This document shows, piece after piece, positions 63,454 to 64,000 of a stretch of 64,000 bases of DNA. Below the pieces are notes generated by a model. That model was not told the origin of the DNA. It did no database searches and worked only from the letters and a program-made list of their open reading frames with translations. Origin of the DNA: Patescibacteria group bacterium (GTDB lineage: Bacteria > Patescibacteriota > Patescibacteriia > Patescibacteriales > GWC2-42-12); the NCBI GenBank assembly GCA_041653215.1, contig JBAZFW010000002.1:8990-72989 (forward strand), written 5' to 3'. The number at the start of each line of letters is the position of its first letter. Within the stretch, counting starts at the first letter, position 1. Position numbers and translations under genes: made by a program.

Positions 63454-64000
63454 TTATTTTATCATTTCCGCAAAAATACTTTTAATTTTTTGATCATGCG
63501 ACCAGCCAATTACTCTTTTTAAAAGCACTTCGCGGCCGTTGCGATAATTTTTATTAAGTTCTTTACCGACCCTAATAATAGACTTTTCTAAATTTTTATC
63601 TTTTATCTTAGCTTGATTATATAGGTTTGATAGAAAATAGCAACGGTTAGCGCTAATAAGCGGCCTGCCTTTAGCATTAATTTTATAGCCTACCCAAGCT
63701 TTAATACTTTTCTGATTTTTCGTTAAAGACAATAAAGTGCGCCTCATACCATCAAAAACCCTAAAATTATCACCTACTTTATAAACTAAAATCGGAAAAT
63801 TATCCCTTTCTTTATGCGCGCCAAAACCGGTTTTAATAAAATCCTCTCGCATAGCTTTATTAATTTTCCAAGCCTTAGCGAAAGCTAATGGATTACGATT
63901 AAATTTTTTTATAATATACTTATCAATCACCGGCGACATACCGGTTAAATAAATTTTTTCTAACGGAATATTTTTTAGTTTCCATTGATATTTATCATCA
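63454..64000 (-). CDS. ParB/Srx-fold-like protein (5' end beyond window edge)
   Basis: The frame stays open upstream of the tracked ATG to the window end (..DDKYQWKLKNIPLEKIYLTGMSPV..). ILVYKVGDNFRVFDGMRRTLLSL resembles the ParB N-terminal DGxxR motif. Confidence 0.35.
   Translation of the reverse strand, partial: DDKYQWKLKNIPLEKIYLTGMSPVIDKYIIKKFNRNPLAFAKAWKINKAMREDFIKTGFGAHKERDNFPILVYKVGDNFRVFDGMRRTLLSLTKNQKSIKAWVGYKINAKGRPLISANRCYFLSNLYNQAKIKDKNLEKSIIRVGKELNKNYRNGREVLLKRVIGWSHDQKIKSIFAEMIK

Noticed and set aside
1-64000. tRNA, rRNA, tmRNA, RNase P or SRP RNA genes
   Set aside because: I scanned the intergenic GC-rich patches by eye for T-loop (GGTTCGAATCC-like) and other hallmark motifs on both strands and found none. 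All GC-rich intergenic patches are explained by the repeat families or terminators. Only a covariance-model scan could fully exclude small RNAs.
1-64000. Alternative genetic code (UGA recoding, as in some CPR lineages)
   Set aside because: TGA functions as a stop at 16161, 21181, 42684, 43745 and 49704, several in ATGA start/stop overlaps. Housekeeping proteins have the expected lengths with standard translation.

Overview
Low-GC (roughly one third G+C by hand counts) bacterial chromosomal segment. It looks like a reduced Patescibacteria/CPR-type genome; this is an inference from shortened housekeeping proteins, almost no Shine-Dalgarno sequences and DUF4012 proteins. Genes run on the + strand from 1 to about 57.8 kb, with one exception at 16948-18870, and on the - strand from about 58.3 kb onward. 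Content: two MacB/FtsX permeases, mreB, a large cell-envelope glycosylation locus (GT4/GT2/GT-C glycosyltransferases, UXS-like decarboxylase, flippase, O-antigen-ligase-like proteins), two DUF4012 proteins, an S8 protease, tgt-like, mnmA, alaS, the infA-rpmJ-rpsM-rpsK-rpsD-rpoA-rplQ and rplM-rpsI ribosomal operons, greA, lysS, serS, a partial dcw-type block (murF, DegT aminotransferase, femAB-like, ftsQ-like), then a SprT-like gene, glutamine synthetase, an M23 peptidase, gltX and a ParB-like ORF. I found no rRNA, tRNA, CRISPR array or transposase. The main findings are: (1) at least two families of GC-rich palindromic repeats (TGTCATT...AATGACA elements and ACCCCCACACC hairpins), intergenic in more than 12 places and also read through in frame in four CDSs; (2) a very AT-rich MmeI-like nuclease/N6-adenine methyltransferase gene lying between separated arms of one such element; (3) a self-contained GC-rich orphan gene (about 42-55% GC) with its own strong SD and terminator; (4) a 28-bp dif-like palindrome at the strand-switch point; (5) unusual housekeeping architectures: rpoA without alpha-CTD but with an AT-hook tail, tgt without Zn ligands, membrane-anchored MurF, AlaRS without C-Ala.
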